64,000 bases of DNA, taken from Planctomycetaceae bacterium. Its GTDB lineage: Bacteria; Planctomycetota; Phycisphaerae; Phycisphaerales; SM1A02. Where the stretch lies: positions 4,877-68,876 of the forward strand of contig CANLMX010000007.1 in the NCBI GenBank assembly GCA_947492385.1. The letters are read 5' to 3'. The translations under genes and the position numbers were made by a program. The notes beneath the pieces were generated by a model that was given only the letters and a program-made list of their open reading frames with translations, was not told the DNA's origin and did not search any database. Positions 37,440 through 46,885 of this stretch are shown here, in pieces; position 1 is the first letter of the stretch; each line of letters starts with the position of its first letter.

Positions 37440-39737
37440 ATGAGCAACTCCCCTTCGCAGACATCGATCGCCGCCACGCGCGAAGAAGGGCCCACCCTTC
37501 TCCGTGACCTCATCGCCGGCCTCGTGGTGTTCCTGGTGGCATTGCCGCTGTGCCTCGGCATCGCGCATGCATCCGGTGCCCCGCTAATGGCGGGCCTGGT
37601 GTCGGGCATCGTGGGCGGGCTGGTGGTGGGCCTGTTGAGCGGCTCGCAGATCAGCGTTTCGGGGCCCGCAGCCGGGCTTGCGGCGATCGTCCTCACGCAG
37701 ATCACCTCGCTCGGCTCGTTCGAGACGTTCCTGGTGGCGGTCTGCATCGGCGGCGCGCTGCAGCTGGTGCTCGGCCTAGTGAAGGCCGGCGCGCTCGCGA
37801 ACTACTTCCCGACCAACGTCATCAAGGGCCTGCTCGCCGCGATCGGCGTGCTGCTGATCCTCAAGCAGGTGCCGCACCTCGTCGGCCATGACAAGGACTA
37901 CGAGGGCGACTTCAGCTTCTTCCAGGAAGACGGCGACAACACGTTCACGGCGCTCGCCTCCGCGGCGCGCGCGTTCCTGCCCGGTGCGGCAGCCGTCGGC
38001 CTTGCGTCGCTTGCGGTGCTGGTCGTCTGGGACCGCACCCCGCTCAAGCGGACGCTCTTCCCCGGCCCGCTCGCCGCGGTGCTGGCAGGGACCGCGATCT
38101 CCGAGATCATGGCTCGCAACGGCGCGGCCTGGGCCATCGAGCCGAGCCACCTCGTGTCGGTACCCGTGGTCGGTGAGAACGGCCTTGCATGGTCCAGCCT
38201 CCTGACCACGCCCGATTGGTCGGGCCTCGCGAAGCCGGCCGTCTGGACCGCGGGCATCACGCTTGCGATCGTCGCGTCGCTCGAGACGCTCCTCAACCTC
38301 GAGGCCACGGAGAAGCTCGATCCGCTGCGCCGAAGCGCGCCGCCGAACCGCGAACTCCTCGCGCAAGGCACCGGGAACCTTCTCGCCGGCGCGCTCGGCG
38401 GGCTTCCGATGACCTCGGTCATCGTGCGCAGCTCCGTGAACGCGAACGCCGGGGCCCGCACCCGCTGGTCGGCGGTGTTCCACGGGATGCTGCTGCTGGC
38501 CAGCGTGCTCTTCATGGGCGCGCTCCTCAACCGCATCCCGCTCGCGACCCTCGCCGCCGTCCTCGTGGTCACGGGATGGAAGCTCGCGAACCCCAAGCTC
38601 TTCCGCTCGATGTGGGCCGAGGGCTGGACGCAGTTCCTGCCGTTCGTCGGCACCGTCGTGGCCATCGTGGCGACCGACCTCCTCACCGGCGTCATCTTCG
38701 GCCTGCTCGTGAGCCTCGGCTTCGTCCTGCTCAGCAACCTCCGCCGCGGCTTCAAGGTGATCCGCGAGGAGCACGCCAGCGGCATCGTCCATCGCGTCGA
38801 GCTCGCCAGCCAGGCGACGTTCCTGAACCGGGCGCAGCTCTTCTCGACGCTCAGCGGCTTCAAGCGCGGCGAGCACGTCCTCATCGACGGCCGCATGACC
38901 GACTACGTCGACCCGGACATCCTGGCGCTCATCCACGAGTTCGTGAACGAGACGGCCCCCGGCCGCGGCGTGGTCGTCAGCCTCGTCGGGTTCAAGTCGC
39001 GCTACCCGATCGAGGACATGGTGCAGTACGTGGACGTGAGCACCCGCGAGGTGCAGGCGTCGCTGACGCCTGCAAAGGTGCTGGCGCTCCTGAAGGAAGG
39101 CAACGACCGGTTCACGTCGGGGCGGCGCCTGCACCGCGACCTGGTGCGCCAGGTGGATGCCACCAGCACGGGCCAGCACCCGATGGCCGCGATCCTCAGC
39201 TGCATCGACTCGCGCGCCCCGGCCGAGCTGCTCTTCGACCAGGGCATCGGCGACATCTTCAGCGTGCGCCTCGCCGGCAACGTGGCCAGCCCGAAGGCCC
39301 TCGGAAGCCTCGAGTTCGCGTGCAAGGTGGCCGGTTCCAAGCTCATCGTCGTGCTCGGGCACACGCGCTGCGGCGCCGTGAAGGCCACGTGCGACTTCGT
39401 CGCCAAGGGCCTTGACCCGGTGCAGGCGACGGGCCTCACGAACCTGGGCTCGATCACCGAGCCGATCTCCGAGGCCGTGCGCATGGAGAGCCGGACGAAG
39501 GAAGGACGCGACGCGTCGAACCCCGAGTTCGTCGACCGCGTGGCCGCCATCAACGTGCGGAACACGATCCGATGGATCGAGGACCACAGCCCGACCCTGG
39601 CGTCCATGGCGATCAACGGCGAGATCGCGATCGTCGGCGCGATGTACGACGTGGCCACCGGCAAGGTCGAGTTCCTCGACGGCGTCGGGTTCGGGGTGAT
39701 GGCCCCGAAGCCGGAGGCATCGCCGGTCGGGGCCTGA
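37440..39737 (+). CDS. SulP-family anion transporter fused to STAS and beta-carbonic anhydrase domains
   Basis: 765 aa. SulP TM core (LIAGLVVFLVALPLCLGIAHASGAP...), a STAS-like segment (VHRVELASQATFLNRAQL...HVLIDGRMTDYVD), then beta-CA motifs (AILSCIDSRAP..., VVLGHTRCGAV). Confidence 0.85.
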   Translation: MSNSPSQTSIAATREEGPTLLRDLIAGLVVFLVALPLCLGIAHASGAPLMAGLVSGIVGGLVVGLLSGSQISVSGPAAGLAAIVLTQITSLGSFETFLVAVCIGGALQLVLGLVKAGALANYFPTNVIKGLLAAIGVLLILKQVPHLVGHDKDYEGDFSFFQEDGDNTFTALASAARAFLPGAAAVGLASLAVLVVWDRTPLKRTLFPGPLAAVLAGTAISEIMARNGAAWAIEPSHLVSVPVVGENGLAWSSLLTTPDWSGLAKPAVWTAGITLAIVASLETLLNLEATEKLDPLRRSAPPNRELLAQGTGNLLAGALGGLPMTSVIVRSSVNANAGARTRWSAVFHGMLLLASVLFMGALLNRIPLATLAAVLVVTGWKLANPKLFRSMWAEGWTQFLPFVGTVVAIVATDLLTGVIFGLLVSLGFVLLSNLRRGFKVIREEHASGIVHRVELASQATFLNRAQLFSTLSGFKRGEHVLIDGRMTDYVDPDILALIHEFVNETAPGRGVVVSLVGFKSRYPIEDMVQYVDVSTREVQASLTPAKVLALLKEGNDRFTSGRRLHRDLVRQVDATSTGQHPMAAILSCIDSRAPAELLFDQGIGDIFSVRLAGNVASPKALGSLEFACKVAGSKLIVVLGHTRCGAVKATCDFVAKGLDPVQATGLTNLGSITEPISEAVRMESRTKEGRDASNPEFVDRVAAINVRNTIRWIEDHSPTLASMAINGEIAIVGAMYDVATGKVEFLDGVGFGVMAPKPEASPVGA

Positions 39738-39747
39738 GGCGCGCCGC

Positions 39748-40728
39748 TCAGTCACGCCACTTCACGTGGCAGTCCTTGCAGCCGGCGCCGATGCGCGCCA
39801 GCTGCGGGCTGAGCATTGCCGCATCGCGCGGGTCCGCCAGCAGTGCGTCCTCGAGCCGCTGCGCCTCGGCCGCGTTCGCCGCAAGCATGGCCCCGAACTC
39901 CGCGGGCCTTGCGCGCGCGCGATCGCCGTCGACGTGCAGCCGCAGCAGGTCGGCCAGGCGGCCGGCCTCGGCCGCGGGGACCAGGTCCGGATGGTCGGGC
40001 GGCACGGCCCAGCCCGCGCGCTCGACGGCCTTCAGGTGTTCCATGGCCTCGTCCGCCTCGACCATGGCACGCACGAAGCCGGCGGGTGGCGTGACCTCCG
40101 GGAAGTCGGCGGGGACGGCATCGATCGCCGGCGCGGGCTCGGGAACGGAGCGCGCGGCGCACGCATAGAGCCCCGTGTAACCGGGCGCGGTTCCCGAGAC
40201 CTTCATGCGCTCCATCGACGCATCGGGCGTGAGCCACCCGAGCGCGACCGCCACCGTGGCGGCCGCCCCGGCGCTGCGGTGCTTCCCATGGTGGCAATGC
40301 ATGTAGACCGGGCCGTCACGCATGGCGTCCCGCACCGCACGCACCAGCTGCATGCGGCGGCCGGCGTCGAATCCGTCGTACCCGATCGGAAGGTGCACGT
40401 ACCGGATGCCGCGCGCGCGCGCGCGCGCGACATCGGTCGCGGCACCGTCGACGCTGACGATCGTGCGCACGCCCATCGCCCGGAGCGTGTCGAATCCCGC
40501 ATCGCCTTCGGGCACGGAACCGGACACGAAGCCCTCATGGAAGGCCACCGCGTTGTGGATGCCGGGATAGTCGCGGGGTGCGCCATCGGCGGGAACGGGG
40601 AGCGCGAGGGTCCCCACGACGGTCGCGGACCGCGTGGCGGGCGAAGCGGGCCCCGGGTCGGCCCCGGGCCCGCACGACGCGGCCACGAGGGCCACCGCCA
40701 TCGCGCACGCCGTGGCCCCGATCCTCAC
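39748..40728 (-). CDS. lipoprotein: Cys-based (CX5R) phosphatase-like domain fused to a C-terminal helical domain ending in a CxxCH heme c motif (class II cytochrome c-like)
   Basis: GTG at 40728 overlaps the OsmC stop (GTGA). Signal/lipobox VRIGATACAMAVALVAASCG. P-loop VYMHCHHGKHRSGAAA. The last roughly 120 aa are helical and end ...RIGAGCKDCHVKWRD. Confidence 0.6.
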   Translation of the reverse strand: MRIGATACAMAVALVAASCGPGADPGPASPATRSATVVGTLALPVPADGAPRDYPGIHNAVAFHEGFVSGSVPEGDAGFDTLRAMGVRTIVSVDGAATDVARARARGIRYVHLPIGYDGFDAGRRMQLVRAVRDAMRDGPVYMHCHHGKHRSAGAAATVAVALGWLTPDASMERMKVSGTAPGYTGLYACAARSVPEPAPAIDAVPADFPEVTPPAGFVRAMVEADEAMEHLKAVERAGWAVPPDHPDLVPAAEAGRLADLLRLHVDGDRARARPAEFGAMLAANAAEAQRLEDALLADPRDAAMLSPQLARIGAGCKDCHVKWRD

Positions 40729-41135
40729 CCGTTCCACACGAACTCCACGCCGGCGTCGATCTCGGACGCCAGGCTCTTGTGCACCGGGCACGTGTGCGCC
40801 GCGCGCTCGAGTTCCTCGCGGCGCGGATGCGACGCCGGAAGCGGCACCTCGATGCGCGTCCGAAGCGAACGGATTCGCCGCGGGCCCTCGGTCGACATCT
40901 CCTTGCGCGTGGTGGCACGCATGCCCTCGAGCCGCAGCCCGTGCCGCTCGCCGACGATGCCGATGATGGTCATCATGCAGGCAGGCAGTGCGGCCGCCAG
41001 CAGGTCGGTCGGCGAGAAGGCCTCGCCCTTGCCATGGTTGTCGACGGGGGCATCGGTGAGGATGGTCGACCCGGACGGGCCATGGACGGCCCGGCAACGC
41101 AGGTTTCCTTCGTACGAAACGGTGACTTCGACCAT
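40725..41135 (-). CDS. OsmC/Ohr-family peroxiredoxin-like protein
   Basis: In-frame ATG at 41135, preceded by GGAGGA. 136 aa. The two family cysteines sit in LLAAALPACMM and ERAAHTCPVHKSL. Confidence 0.8.
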   Translation of the reverse strand: MVEVTVSYEGNLRCRAVHGPSGSTILTDAPVDNHGKGEAFSPTDLLAAALPACMMTIIGIVGERHGLRLEGMRATTRKEMSTEGPRRIRSLRTRIEVPLPASHPRREELERAAHTCPVHKSLASEIDAGVEFVWNG

Positions 41136-41169
41136 GGCGGCATTCCTCCGCGTGGAGTCTAATGCGGGC

Positions 41170-42282
41170 ATGACCGCCAACTGGCTGCTGGCCGCCGTCC
41201 TGGGGATCGCGTCCGCGTCGCATTCCGCGCCGCCCGCGATCCCGGACGCCTGGTTCTTCGAGGGATCGAACCGCCCCGCTCCGCTCAAGCAGCTCGAGGG
41301 CAAGCCGGCGCCCGAACTGCAGGTCGAGTCGTGGATCGGGGATGAGGTGAAACTCAGCGACCTGAAGGGCAAGGTGGTGGTCGTGGACTTCTGGGCCACC
41401 TGGTGCGGCCCATGCATGGCGTCGATCCCCGAGAACGTGAAGCTCGTGTCGGACCGCAAGAACGACGGCCTGGTGTTCATCGGCGTCCACGACTCGAACT
41501 CGGGCTGGCAGAACGCCGCTCGGACGGTCAAGGACAAGAAGGTCAATTACGCGGTTGCGAAGGACAAGGCGGGAGGGCCCTCGGCCGCCGCATACAAGGT
41601 GCAGTTCTGGCCGACCTACGTGGTGATCGACCGCGAAGGAACCGTGCGCGCCGCAGGCCTCATGCCCGGCCACGTGAAGGACGTGGTCGACCTCCTGCTG
41701 AAGGAAGCGGCGCCGGCTGCGGCGGGCAGTTCGGAGGCGGCAGGCGGCCCACCCTCGGACTCCATGCTGGGCGGAACCAAGCGCCCCGCGTCGCTGCGCG
41801 CCTGCGAGGGACGACCGGCGCCTCTGATCTCCGCGCGCGAGTGGATCGGCGAGGAACCGTCACAGGCCCGGCGTGCAGGCTCCGTGATGGCGATCCACTT
41901 CACGTCGCCGGGCGGCGGGCTCGCGGCTGCACAGCTGGCCGAGTTCGCGAAGCTCGAGCACGAGCTTGCGTCCCAAGGCGTGATCTTCATGGTCGTGTGC
42001 GACTCGGCGGCCGAGCGGGCGGCGATGGAGGCCGCGCGCACCACCGCCAAGAGCGGCGCACCCGTCGCGATGGACGCCCCCCCGAAGGCCGCGCCTGCGG
42101 CGGAGGGTGCCGCGTCGCGCGGCGAGACCATGCGTGCGTGGGGCGTCGAGTTCCTGCCGGCCACCGTCCTGGTGGACCGCTCGGGCGTCGTCCACGCCGC
42201 GGGCGTGCGCCCGGACCGCGCCAAGGCCATGATCGAGGAACTGCTCGCCGGCACCGCGTCGGACGCCAAGGAGAAGCCATGA
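41170..42282 (+). CDS. secreted TlpA-like thiol:disulfide oxidoreductase with a second, CxxC-less thioredoxin-like domain
   Basis: ATG at 41170. Signal peptide MTANWLLAAVLGIASASHS. Active site VVVDFWATWCGPCMASIP. The second half repeats the layout (GRPAPLISAREWIG...VMAIHFTSPGGG) without cysteines. Confidence 0.75.
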   Translation: MTANWLLAAVLGIASASHSAPPAIPDAWFFEGSNRPAPLKQLEGKPAPELQVESWIGDEVKLSDLKGKVVVVDFWATWCGPCMASIPENVKLVSDRKNDGLVFIGVHDSNSGWQNAARTVKDKKVNYAVAKDKAGGPSAAAYKVQFWPTYVVIDREGTVRAAGLMPGHVKDVVDLLLKEAAPAAAGSSEAAGGPPSDSMLGGTKRPASLRACEGRPAPLISAREWIGEEPSQARRAGSVMAIHFTSPGGGLAAAQLAEFAKLEHELASQGVIFMVVCDSAAERAAMEAARTTAKSGAPVAMDAPPKAAPAAEGAASRGETMRAWGVEFLPATVLVDRSGVVHAAGVRPDRAKAMIEELLAGTASDAKEKP

Positions 42283-43271
42283 CTGTCGCACCCATCCAGC
42301 CCGCCACCGGGCGCTGCCCCTTCGTCGACCACGTCCGCGCCGAGGTCGCGCGCACGGTCGTCGGCCAGGACGCCGTGGTCGAGCGCGTGCTCATCGCGCT
42401 GCTGACGGGTGGCCACCTGCTGCTCGAGGGCGTGCCGGGAATCGCGAAGACGCTGCTGGTGCAGAGCGTGGCGAAGGCCATCGACCTTCGGTTCGCGCGC
42501 GTGCAGTTCACGATCGACCTGCTGCCCGGAGACATCGTGGGCAGCGAGATCCTCGACCAGCGCTCAGGCGAGTTCCGCATCCACCGGGGCCCCATCTTCA
42601 CCAACCTGCTGCTGGCCGACGAGATCAATCGCGCATCGCCGAAGGTGCAGTCGGCGCTGCTGGAAGCCATGCAGGAGCGGCGCGTGTCCATCGGCGACAC
42701 GACGCACGAACTCCCCGCCCCGTTCCTGGTGATCGCGACGCAGAACCCGGTCGAGCAGGCCGGCACGTTCGAACTGCCCGAAGCGCAGCTCGACCGTTTC
42801 ATGCTCCGGCACCGCCTGACCTACCCGGCCCCGGCCGACGAGGCGGAGGTCGTGCGCCGCAGCCTGGCGCTCCGCCTGAAGCGCCAGGGCGAAGGGGCCA
42901 TCCCGATGTCGGCGTTCGACGCGATCGGCGACGGCCGCCGCACCGGCATCAAGGACCTCACCGAGGCGATGGCCGCGGTCCAGCGCGTGCACGTGAGCGA
43001 CGTCCTGGTCCGTGACTGCGTCGAGCTGGTCAACCTCACGCGCGGGCACCCCGAGATCGAGCTCGGCTGCAGCCCGCGCGCGGCGATCGGCCTGGTGCAC
43101 GCATCGCGCGCACGCGCCTACATCCACGGGCGCGACTACGCGATCCCCGAGGACCTCTTCGCGCTTGCCGAGGACGTGATGCTCCACCGCATGCGGCTCA
43201 CCTACCGCGCGCTCGCGGCGGGACGGACGTCGTCGGCGGTGCTGCGCGAACTGCTGGCCAACCTCGCGTGA
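42279..43271 (+). CDS. MoxR-family AAA+ ATPase
   Basis: ATG at 42279 overlaps the tlpA-like stop (ATGA). Walker A LLEGVPGIAKT, Walker B LLADEINRASPKVQSALLEAMQE, then VIATQNPVEQAGTFELPEAQLDRF. Confidence 0.9.
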   Translation: MTVAPIQPATGRCPFVDHVRAEVARTVVGQDAVVERVLIALLTGGHLLLEGVPGIAKTLLVQSVAKAIDLRFARVQFTIDLLPGDIVGSEILDQRSGEFRIHRGPIFTNLLLADEINRASPKVQSALLEAMQERRVSIGDTTHELPAPFLVIATQNPVEQAGTFELPEAQLDRFMLRHRLTYPAPADEAEVVRRSLALRLKRQGEGAIPMSAFDAIGDGRRTGIKDLTEAMAAVQRVHVSDVLVRDCVELVNLTRGHPEIELGCSPRAAIGLVHASRARAYIHGRDYAIPEDLFALAEDVMLHRMRLTYRALAAGRTSSAVLRELLANLA

Positions 43272-44152
43272 ACATGAAGGCGGCCGAGCCACCCGCTTCG
43301 ACGCTTCCGCCCCCCGAAGGGTTGGCCGGCGGCAACTTCGAGATGGTGGTGCGAAGGCTGGCCGACGACCTGGCGTTCGGAAGCGATGCGTCCCGGCTGG
43401 TCGGGAGCGGGCTCGAGTACGCGGGCAGCCGGCCCTACGTGCCGGGCGACCCCGTGCGGAGCATCGACTGGCGCGTTACCGCCCGCGCCGGGCGCGCGTT
43501 CATCCGCGAGCACGAGGCGCTCAAGCGGACCGCCGTGTACCTGGTGGTCGACACCTCGGCCTCGATGTCGGTCGGGTCCGGACCGATCAGCAAGCACGGA
43601 CTCGCGGTGTGGGTCGCGGCGTCGCTCGGTCTCGTCGCGCAGCGGCGCATGAGTCCCGTGGCCATCGTCGGCGGTGGCGAGCGCTCGGTGCCCGTGGTTC
43701 CGAGCCTCGCGCGCGCGGACCTGTGGAACGCGCTCGAGCCGCTGCGCGGCATCGGGCATGGCGAAGGGACGAACGTGGGCGAGCGGCTGCGGACCGTCGC
43801 CGCGCGCGCGGCGCGGGCGAGCGTGGTCGTGGCCATCACCGACATGCACTGCCCCGAGGCGCTGCCCGCGCTTGGGCAGGCCGCGCAGCGGCACGACTGC
43901 GTGGTCATCCACGTGGTCGACCCGGCTGAGTCGGGCCCTCTGCGCGCCGGCTTCGTCCGCGGGCGCGAGGCCGAGACCGGCCGCGCGTTCACGGCCTCAC
44001 CGTCGACCGCGCTCGGCCGGCCCGAGGACGTCCATGCCGCGGTCCTTCGCTGCGGCGCCGACTGCCTGCAGCTGGCGACGGACCGACCGTTCGTTCCCGC
44101 GCTGCGCGGGTTCCTGGCGACGCGGGGCATGCTCGCGCGGGGGCGCGCGTGA
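43268..44152 (+). CDS. DUF58-family protein (vWA-like, MoxR partner)
   Basis: 294 aa. GSGLEYAGSRPYVPGDPVRSIDWRVTAR is the DUF58 signature. MIDAS-like VVDTSASM. GTGA overlap with moxR. Confidence 0.85.
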   Translation: MNMKAAEPPASTLPPPEGLAGGNFEMVVRRLADDLAFGSDASRLVGSGLEYAGSRPYVPGDPVRSIDWRVTARAGRAFIREHEALKRTAVYLVVDTSASMSVGSGPISKHGLAVWVAASLGLVAQRRMSPVAIVGGGERSVPVVPSLARADLWNALEPLRGIGHGEGTNVGERLRTVAARAARASVVVAITDMHCPEALPALGQAAQRHDCVVIHVVDPAESGPLRAGFVRGREAETGRAFTASPSTALGRPEDVHAAVLRCGADCLQLATDRPFVPALRGFLATRGMLARGRA

Positions 44153-44991
44153 CGGGCCGCCGCGTGCATGCATGCGCGCTCGGCGCGGCGCTTGCGGCCA
44201 TGACCGCGTTCGATGCCGCGGCGGCTGCGGCGACGCAGGACGCCCCGGGCGTCGTGCGCGCCTCGGGCACCGGCCATCGCGGCGCGTCCGGGTCGGTCGA
44301 GGTGGACCACCCCGGCATCACCATCCGCGCCAAGCCGGTGCGCGACGACGGGGCACCGCTCACGATCCGCGTGATTCCCCTGGGCGCGGGCCGCTCGCGC
44401 GTCGAATACGTCGGCCTCGTCGCGGGCACGCACGACCTGCTTCCGCTGCTCGAGCGCACCGACGGCCGTGGCATCGATGGCGTGCCTCCGATCATCGTCT
44501 CGGTCGAGACGCAGCTTCCGCCGGATGCCGGCACCGACCTGTACGGGCGCATCGGTCGTGAGCTCAACGTGGGCACGCCCTACCGGGCGATCATGGTCGC
44601 GGCCGCGATCGCCTGGTGCGCCGTGCCGGCGGTGGTGCTGGCGCGGCGTGCGCTCCGGCGCCGGCCCGCCCCGACGCAGACCGAGGGCACGCGCGCGCCC
44701 ACCGCGGTCGAACGCCTGCTCGGCGAGGTCGCGCGCGCCCGGGAGGCCGAGCCGTCGGTCGACGCACGCGGGCGTCTCGAGCTGCTCCTCATCCAGGCCG
44801 TCCGCGAGGCGCACGGCGACGGGCCCGGGGTCGACGCCGCCCACGGTGCGGCGCGCATGCGTGCCGACCCCCGCACGGCGCGCGCGGTGGCCGCGGTCGA
44901 GCGCTGGCTGCATGCGCCGACGCCGGGCGACCGCGCCACGGCACTTGCCGAGATCGACGCGCTCCGCCTCGGGACGGGGGCCGGCGAATGA
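44149..44991 (+). CDS. hypothetical single-pass membrane protein (secreted N-domain, TM, cytoplasmic tail)
   Basis: 280 aa. Signal-like N-terminus and a TM segment YRAIMVAAAIAWCAVPAVVLARRALRRR. It occupies the position of the small membrane protein in Bat-type operons. GTGA overlap. Confidence 0.5.
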   Translation: MTGRRVHACALGAALAAMTAFDAAAAAATQDAPGVVRASGTGHRGASGSVEVDHPGITIRAKPVRDDGAPLTIRVIPLGAGRSRVEYVGLVAGTHDLLPLLERTDGRGIDGVPPIIVSVETQLPPDAGTDLYGRIGRELNVGTPYRAIMVAAAIAWCAVPAVVLARRALRRRPAPTQTEGTRAPTAVERLLGEVARAREAEPSVDARGRLELLLIQAVREAHGDGPGVDAAHGAARMRADPRTARAVAAVERWLHAPTPGDRATALAEIDALRLGTGAGE

Positions 44992-45887
44992 CGTTCGCGC
45001 ACCCGTGGGTCCTGCTCCTCCTCGCGGTCCCCGTGGTGCTCTCATGGACCGTGCTCGCGCGCGAACCGGGAGTGACGGTGCCCGTCGATGGCGCGCGCGC
45101 GGGTGATCGTCCGTGGCTTCGCCGCACACTCGCCGCCTTCGACCTGGCGCCGATCGCGCTGATGGCCGTCGCGATCGCCGTGCTGGCGGGCCCGCAGGTG
45201 ATGGCCCAACCTCGGGCGGAGCGGTCGCTCACGAACATCCAGATCTGCCTTGACGTGTCCGGCAGCATGGGGGGCCGCAACTACGAGCTCGCGACGAAGG
45301 CGATCGAGGAGTTCACGCACGCACGCGAGGGCGACGCGTTCGGGCTGACCATGTTCGGCGTGCAGCAGGTGCGGTGGCTGCCGATCACGAAGGACCTGCA
45401 GGCGATCCGCGATGCCCTGCCCTTCGCGGACCCGATGAACCAGCCTTCCCACATGGGCGGCACGATGATCGGCGCCGCGCTGCGCTTCTGCGCGCGCAAC
45501 ATGGTGGCGGAGACGAAGGACGGCGACCGGCTCATCGTGCTGGTCTCGGACGGCCAGAGCGGCGACCTCTCGGGGGGTGCCGCACGCGAGATCGGCCAGG
45601 AGCTGCGCGATGCGGGCATCGTCGTCTACCACGTCCACATCGACGAATCCGCGGTCCCACAGGATGTCGAGGACCTCGTCGAGGAAACCGGCGGCGAGGC
45701 GTTCGCGACCACCGACGCCGCGAGCATGCGCGCCATCTTCGCGCACATCGACCGCATGAAGCCCGCCCGCTTCGCGCCCGCCGGCACGGTGCCGCTCGAC
45801 CACTTCCGGCCGTTCGCGATGGCGGCGCTGGCGCTCGTCGCGATCCACGCGGTCGGCCTCCTGGGCATGAGGTACGTCCCATGGTGA
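44988..45887 (+). CDS. membrane-anchored von Willebrand factor A protein (BatA-like)
   Basis: ATG at 44988 (ATGA overlap). N-terminus MTFAHPWVLLLLAVPVVL plus a second TM. MIDAS ICLDVSGSMGG. LIVLVSDGQ. C-terminal TM. Confidence 0.8.
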   Translation: MTFAHPWVLLLLAVPVVLSWTVLAREPGVTVPVDGARAGDRPWLRRTLAAFDLAPIALMAVAIAVLAGPQVMAQPRAERSLTNIQICLDVSGSMGGRNYELATKAIEEFTHAREGDAFGLTMFGVQQVRWLPITKDLQAIRDALPFADPMNQPSHMGGTMIGAALRFCARNMVAETKDGDRLIVLVSDGQSGDLSGGAAREIGQELRDAGIVVYHVHIDESAVPQDVEDLVEETGGEAFATTDAASMRAIFAHIDRMKPARFAPAGTVPLDHFRPFAMAALALVAIHAVGLLGMRYVPW

Positions 45888-46885
45888 TCGCGCTCGTCAC
45901 GGGACTGGCCGCTGCGCTGCTTGCCTTCGCGGCGGAGCGCCGGCATGCGCGCCGGACCGCGCGCGTCGCACGGCTTGCCTTCGGTCCCTCGGGCACGCCC
46001 GCGCGCTGGGCGCGCGCCGCACCGGCCGTGCGCACCGCCGGCATGGGGCTCGCCGCGTTCGGGGCGGTCGTCCTGGCGCGCTGGGACCCGACGGCGCACC
46101 GCGCCGAACCCAATCCGCGCGCGGCCCGGCAACTGCTGGTGGTGCTCGACGTCTCGCCGAGCATGAACCTGACCGACGCCGGCCCGGGAGTCCAGAAGCA
46201 AATGCGCGGGGTGTGGGCCGGAAAGGTGCTCCGCGGCGTCCTCGACCGGCTCGACATGGCCGACACGCGCGTCACGCTCGTGGCCTTCTACAGCAAGGCC
46301 GCCGTGATGCTGCGGACCTCGGACGACAAGGACCTGGTCGCCGGGCTCATGGACGGTCTTCCGCTTTACACGGCATTCAAGCCGGGCGAGACCGACATGC
46401 AGTCGGCGCTTGACGAGGCCTTCGACATCGCGCGACCATGGGCACGCGGTTCGACGACGCTCGTGGTGATCTCCGACGGCGACCTCGCCAAGCCCGTGAA
46501 CCCCGGACGCAGGCCCGCGTCGATCGCCGACGCGATCGTGATCGGCGTGGGGGATCCGGGCCGGCCGACCGTGCTCGCAGGCCATGCGTCGCGCCAGGAC
46601 GCATGGACGCTGAAGGCACTGGCGGGTCGGCTCGACGGCCTGTACCACGACGGCAACGTGCGCCACTTGCCGAGCGACGTGCTCGACAGGCTGACGTCGA
46701 TCGCGCCGCGCACCGCATCGGGCGTGGGCGAGCGAGAGCTCGGGCTCGCGTCGCTCGCGGCGGGTGCGACGATGCTCGGGGCCCTCGCACCCGCCCTCGT
46801 GCGTTTCGGCGCGCCCGGCGCGTGGCACGCACAGCCGGGTGCTCGGCGCCGCCGCACCGAACACCCTGAAGGGAGATTCGCATGA
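45881..46885 (+). CDS. membrane-anchored von Willebrand factor A protein (BatB-like)
   Basis: ATG at 45881 (7-nt overlap). Two N-terminal TM segments. MIDAS LVVLDVSPSMN. LVVISDGDL. C-terminal TM GLASLAAGATMLGALAPALV. Confidence 0.8.
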   Translation: MVIALVTGLAAALLAFAAERRHARRTARVARLAFGPSGTPARWARAAPAVRTAGMGLAAFGAVVLARWDPTAHRAEPNPRAARQLLVVLDVSPSMNLTDAGPGVQKQMRGVWAGKVLRGVLDRLDMADTRVTLVAFYSKAAVMLRTSDDKDLVAGLMDGLPLYTAFKPGETDMQSALDEAFDIARPWARGSTTLVVISDGDLAKPVNPGRRPASIADAIVIGVGDPGRPTVLAGHASRQDAWTLKALAGRLDGLYHDGNVRHLPSDVLDRLTSIAPRTASGVGERELGLASLAAGATMLGALAPALVRFGAPGAWHAQPGARRRRTEHPEGRFA

